Notes under the pieces: model-generated | What the model was told of the DNA's origin: nothing | Seen by the model: only the letters and a program-made list of their open reading frames with translations | The model's database searches: none | Source of the DNA: an uncultured virus (IMG/VR IMGVR_UViG_3300025102_000020) | Taxonomy: Duplodnaviria; Heunggongvirae; Uroviricota; Caudoviricetes; Crassvirales | IMG/VR virus record: IMGVR_UViG_3300025102_000020 | DNA length: 20,000 bases | Strand: one strand, 5' to 3' | Shown here: piece after piece, positions 17,070-20,000 of the stretch | How positions within the stretch are numbered: position 1 is the stretch's first letter | How the letters are laid out: the number at the start of each line of letters is the position of its first letter | Made by a program: the position numbers and the translations under genes

Positions 17070-17309
17070 TTATTTATTTTCTATTAAAAATCTATCACCA
17101 TATAGATCTTGCCATACTAACTCTGTTACATCATTATCTGTCCAGATAAACACCTGTTGTAGTTGTTCTACTGTTAATTGACCGAAGAAATAGTTTTCTT
17201 CTAACGATTTTTTAGTTACTTGTGGGCCAACAGTATATTTACCTTCATCAATATAGTGATTTATTGTTCGTTTATACTCTGGTTTGAGTCTATTCCATAA
17301 GTTTTCCAT
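17070..17309 (-). CDS. Hypothetical protein
   Basis: 79-aa ORF with 1-nt spacing to neighbours. Confidence 0.7.
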   Translation of the reverse strand: MENLWNRLKPEYKRTINHYIDEGKYTVGPQVTKKSLEENYFFGQLTVEQLQQVFIWTDNDVTELVWQDLYGDRFLIENK

Positions 17310-17310
17310 A

Positions 17311-17637
17311 TTACTTATTATTTTTACGTTCAGAAGCTCTTTTTATTGCTTCTTCAAGTGTTACACCTTTACTATTAGTATAACTACTCATAGCGTCGTT
17401 AAGAGTGTCTTGACTATCTTGATCTAACTCTGTGCCATCTTCAAGTTTCCATTCACCATCACAGTCATCACAACCACAATTATTTTCGTCAACACTAATC
17501 AACTCGGTCATATAATCACCACTTTCTATTAGTTCTTGTTGGTAAATTATAATCGCTTCTTTCTCACTGAGAGCTTCAACTTCAACTCCACATCTCATTC
17601 CTGTACAATCTCTGTACTCAATTTCATACTTCTTCAT
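17311..17637 (-). CDS. Hypothetical acidic protein
   Basis: 108-aa ORF directly downstream of a promoter-like repeat. Confidence 0.7.
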   Translation of the reverse strand: MKKYEIEYRDCTGMRCGVEVEALSEKEAIIIYQQELIESGDYMTELISVDENNCGCDDCDGEWKLEDGTELDQDSQDTLNDAMSSYTNSKGVTLEEAIKRASERKNNK

Positions 17638-17657
17638 ATTTTATATCTTTATTTGTT

Positions 17658-17692
17658 TATATTATCCTTCTATTGTCGTATTTAGTTTGTAA
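17658..17692 (-). promoter_or_regulatory. Phage promoter-like repeat, copy 1
   Basis: TTACAAACTAAATACGA-N8-GGATAATATA (1 mismatch to consensus), 20 nt upstream of an ATG. Confidence 0.8.
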
Positions 17693-17908
17693 TTAACACA
17701 ACATTGTACCATAACCTCTACGTCGAGTCATCTTAGATATTTTCGCTGCGTCACTTTGTGACATTATCTGTATAGAGTTACCAGTCTTGTGGTTAATAAG
17801 AGGTGCACAACCATACTGTTCTACAGTTGAACAATTAACACAAGTTTTATAACCAAGATTGACTCGTCCGTCAGGTATTATACTTCCACATTTACAATTC
17901 ATATTCAT
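17693..17908 (-). CDS. DksA/TraR-like C4 zinc-finger protein
   Basis: CKCGSIIPDGRVNLGYKTCVNC resembles the C..CG..IP..R......C..C pattern. Confidence 0.55.
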   Translation of the reverse strand: MNMNCKCGSIIPDGRVNLGYKTCVNCSTVEQYGCAPLINHKTGNSIQIMSQSDAAKISKMTRRRGYGTMLC

Positions 17909-17916
17909 TATTTATA

Positions 17917-17951
17917 TATATTATCCAATGGTAATCGTATTTGGTTTGTAA
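17917..17951 (-). promoter_or_regulatory. Phage promoter-like repeat, copy 2
   Basis: TTACAAACCAAATACGA-N8-GGATAATATA. Confidence 0.8.
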
Positions 17952-18185
17952 TTAACAATTTAATTCTCTAGTAAGATCTAAATTAGTTATAATTCTCTTA
18001 TCGTCGTGAACCATCCAGTTTATATTATTTAGTTTATGACCTTTTATTTTAGTTAAATACCACTCGATATTTTCACTATCGTCCTTATCATTACCATTCC
18101 ATCCATCTTTGAAGTGTTCTAAGTTTTTGTATTGAAACACTCTTCCTACTTCATAATCTAATACTGTTATATATTTTCCTTCCAT
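17952..18185 (-). CDS. Hypothetical protein
   Basis: 77-aa ORF. Confidence 0.7.
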   Translation of the reverse strand: MEGKYITVLDYEVGRVFQYKNLEHFKDGWNGNDKDDSENIEWYLTKIKGHKLNNINWMVHDDKRIITNLDLTRELNC

Positions 18186-18186
18186 A

Positions 18187-18543
18187 TTACTTATTCAAGT
18201 GTATTTTGTGACCGTGTTCCGATAGTATTTTTTCCATTTCGTCCGCCACTAACGAGATCCAGTATATTTGTCCCCATTGTTCTTCAACAGAACCATGAGA
18301 ATAATCACCATTGTTTTCATCTTCCAACATCATAGACATAACATCATCTAAAGTGTTAAATAACTCTTCTAGTAACTCGTGTCTTACTAACACACTATCT
18401 TTGCACCATTCCGACATCACTGTCATTCCTTCGTACTTATACACGTCATTTATAGTTTCAACACAACACTTACTCATTGTTGTCTGTCCATAACTTAATC
18501 CACTTAGTAGTAATCCTACTACACTTAATTTAATTCTTTTCAT
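18187..18543 (-). CDS. Secreted protein with signal peptide
   Basis: MKRIKLSVVGLLLSGLSYG|Q: basic n-region, hydrophobic core and Gln at +1. Confidence 0.65.
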   Translation of the reverse strand: MKRIKLSVVGLLLSGLSYGQTTMSKCCVETINDVYKYEGMTVMSEWCKDSVLVRHELLEELFNTLDDVMSMMLEDENNGDYSHGSVEEQWGQIYWISLVADEMEKILSEHGHKIHLNK

Positions 18544-18607
18544 TTTGTTTTAATATTTAGTTGTACCATTTTTCTTTATAAGTTTTTTCATCCACTTATC
18601 AAATTCT

Positions 18608-18868
18608 TTAATCGAGTCCGTCATAATTTCCTTTTATTATATTATTATTTTTATCTATTTCTATACATTCCTTGATCGCTCTTTCCATAGGAGTGATCTC
18701 ACGTTTTACTTCGTTTAACCATATTTCTTCAGACATTTTATCTACGTCTTCCATAGTTAAGTCCATACCTAGATAACCCAAGTGATGTTCTTGACCAAAA
18801 TGATCTACCACATGAACATTGTAGTGGGTATTACCTTGATATTTATCTATTATTATTCTTCTACTCAT
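18608..18868 (-). CDS. Hypothetical protein
   Basis: 86-aa ORF. Confidence 0.65.
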   Translation of the reverse strand: MSRRIIIDKYQGNTHYNVHVVDHFGQEHHLGYLGMDLTMEDVDKMSEEIWLNEVKREITPMERAIKECIEIDKNNNIIKGNYDGLD

Positions 18869-18999
18869 AACTCATCTTTATTTAAGATATTTCTAATTTG
18901 ATCTTGTACAGTCTCCATCCACTTCTCATAACAATCCGTTTCTTTATTGAAGTGAGGTAAAAACATTAACAAATACTTTTTTAATAATCTTTCATTCAT
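18865..18999 (-). CDS. Small protein (44 aa, not in ORF track)
   Basis: MNERLLKKYLLMFLPHFNKE...KDEL, with an ATGA overlap and a leader shared with the upstream small ORF. Confidence 0.6.
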   Translation of the reverse strand: MNERLLKKYLLMFLPHFNKETDCYEKWMETVQDQIRNILNKDEL

Positions 19000-19014
19000 A
19001 ATTTCTATATTTTA

Positions 19015-19131
19015 TTATACATAACTCATTGTTGAGAACAATTTCTCGTAACATTTATTTTTATCTCTACTCACCATCACTAGTGTTCCAAACAGAACCA
19101 ACTTGTAATATTTTCCATTAAATCTAATCAT
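19015..19131 (-). CDS. Small protein (38 aa, not in ORF track)
   Basis: MIRFNGKYYKLVLFGTLVMVSRDKNKCYEKLFSTMSYV; leader AATAAAATATAGAAATTATGA. Confidence 0.55.
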   Translation of the reverse strand: MIRFNGKYYKLVLFGTLVMVSRDKNKCYEKLFSTMSYV

Positions 19132-19161
19132 AATTTCTATATTTTATTTGTTATACATTAG

Positions 19162-19203
19162 TTGTAGTGTGAGAATCGAACTCACTTATTTACCATAACT
19201 ACA
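19162..19203 (-). ncRNA. Minimal tRNA-like element (acceptor stem + T-arm, no anticodon arm)
   Basis: TGTAGT-TATGGTAAATAA-GTGAG-TTCGATT-CTCAC-ACTACA-A. Confidence 0.7.
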
Positions 19204-19273
19204 TAGTTTCTGAAACTCTGTCCATTCACATTATTTATACTCGTTAAATGTGTCCAACTACGAGTGAAAAGAA

Positions 19274-19504
19274 TTATACTAATTCCTTTCCTCTACACAC
19301 CATCGGTATGTTATTGGTCGCGGTGTAACTCTTATATTTTTCCCAACACGGTAGAGACTCTAATGTCGACTTCATAATCTCGTACACTTTGTCGTGATTG
19401 TAAGTTATTTCGTCACCTTTTTTCGTCGTGAAAGTGATCATTTGGTTTTTTCCGATTAAAGACTTTCTTACGACAAATCTTTTACTTTTTAATACATTTT
19501 CCAT
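19274..19504 (-). CDS. Hypothetical protein
   Basis: 76-aa ORF downstream of a promoter-like repeat. Confidence 0.7.
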   Translation of the reverse strand: MENVLKSKRFVVRKSLIGKNQMITFTTKKGDEITYNHDKVYEIMKSTLESLPCWEKYKSYTATNNIPMVCRGKELV

Positions 19505-19566
19505 AATTTTTAATTTTTTTAAGTTTATATTTATTTTTATTTATTTATTTCGTTTCGTTATTCATA

Positions 19567-19601
19567 TATATTATCCAATACTGTTCGTATTTGGTTTGTA
19601 A
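19567..19601 (-). promoter_or_regulatory. Phage promoter-like repeat, copy 3
   Basis: TTACAAACCAAATACGA-N8-GGATAATATA. Confidence 0.8.
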
Positions 19602-19605
19602 TATA

Positions 19606-19854
19606 TTATCTTTTAAGTTTATAATTTAAGTCTTTATTATAAGTAAGTTTTGATTTAAAATTATTATAATTAAAGTATGGATTATTATCATAATGGTCGT
19701 CAAGAGAAATATAAGTATAACCTTTTATTGAAATAAAGTCTGTAATATATTTATTGAAGAACTTTGGTAATTGATGTAATTGATAAGGTAAATAAGTTTT
19801 ATTATTTATTTTAAGAATGTTTAATTGATTAAATTTTAATTTTTTAGAAGTCAT
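19606..19854 (-). CDS. Hypothetical protein (very AT-rich)
   Basis: 82-aa ORF between two promoter-like repeats. Confidence 0.55.
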   Translation of the reverse strand: MTSKKLKFNQLNILKINNKTYLPYQLHQLPKFFNKYITDFISIKGYTYISLDDHYDNNPYFNYNNFKSKLTYNKDLNYKLKR

Positions 19855-19935
19855 AATTTTTATTTTTTTTTAAATTTATATTTATTTTATTATATTTTTT
19901 ATAAGAATATATTTATATTTTTTATTTCTTACAAT

Positions 19936-19970
19936 TATATTATCCAATTGTATTCGTATTTGGTTTGTAA
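19936..19970 (-). promoter_or_regulatory. Phage promoter-like repeat, copy 4
   Basis: TTACAAACCAAATACGA-N8-GGATAATATA. Confidence 0.8.
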
Positions 19971-20000
19971 AAGTATATGAATTGTTTAGTTGATAGAAAT

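Noticed and set aside
3118..18493. Other plus-strand ORFs (3118, 3931, 5070, 10749, 10974, 12521, 13886, 14295, 18311) and minus-strand 8311-8517
   Set aside because: Shadow ORFs lying antisense to, or out of frame within, well-supported genes.
19505..19935. Extremely AT-rich tracts as replication origin
   Set aside because: No iterons are visible; the tracts are explained as A-rich leaders downstream of the promoter-like repeats.
17658..19970. CRISPR or transposon ends for the 35-bp repeats
   Set aside because: Copies are dispersed, separated by whole genes and have a variable internal spacer; no transposase is present.
1..20000. Stop-codon reassignment as in some crAss-like phages
   Set aside because: Core genes are full length under the standard code, and apparent gaps are filled by short coupled ORFs.

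Overview
AT-rich, densely coding segment of a dsDNA tailed phage, most plausibly infecting Bacteroidota/Flavobacteriia. This host call is inferred from an Hc1-like gene, a Gln+1 signal peptide, AT-rich SD-less start regions and an SSB ending in DLPF. Positions 1-1939 (+) are the end of a late/lysis arm: a beta-barrel-like protein, small FKMKG proteins and a putative endolysin. They meet a long minus-strand arm at a bidirectional terminator. That arm carries a class II RNR, a resolvase-like nuclease, two all-alpha NTP pyrophosphatases (one fused to a GIY-YIG-like domain), a thymidylate-synthase homologue with a dCMP-type active site, a primase-helicase, SSB, an Exo/ERF pair, a sigma factor, DenV, DNA ligase and a nucleotidase, then many small early-type ORFs. 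The most unusual features are: (i) two intergenic tRNA-like elements with acceptor stem and T-arm but no anticodon arm, a 212-nt one containing periodic hairpin repeats and a 42-nt minimal one preceded by a predicted pseudoknot; (ii) a probable cytosine-modification module; and (iii) four copies of a 35-bp bipartite promoter-like repeat that delimit gene cassettes. All family assignments come from motif recognition by eye, not database searches.
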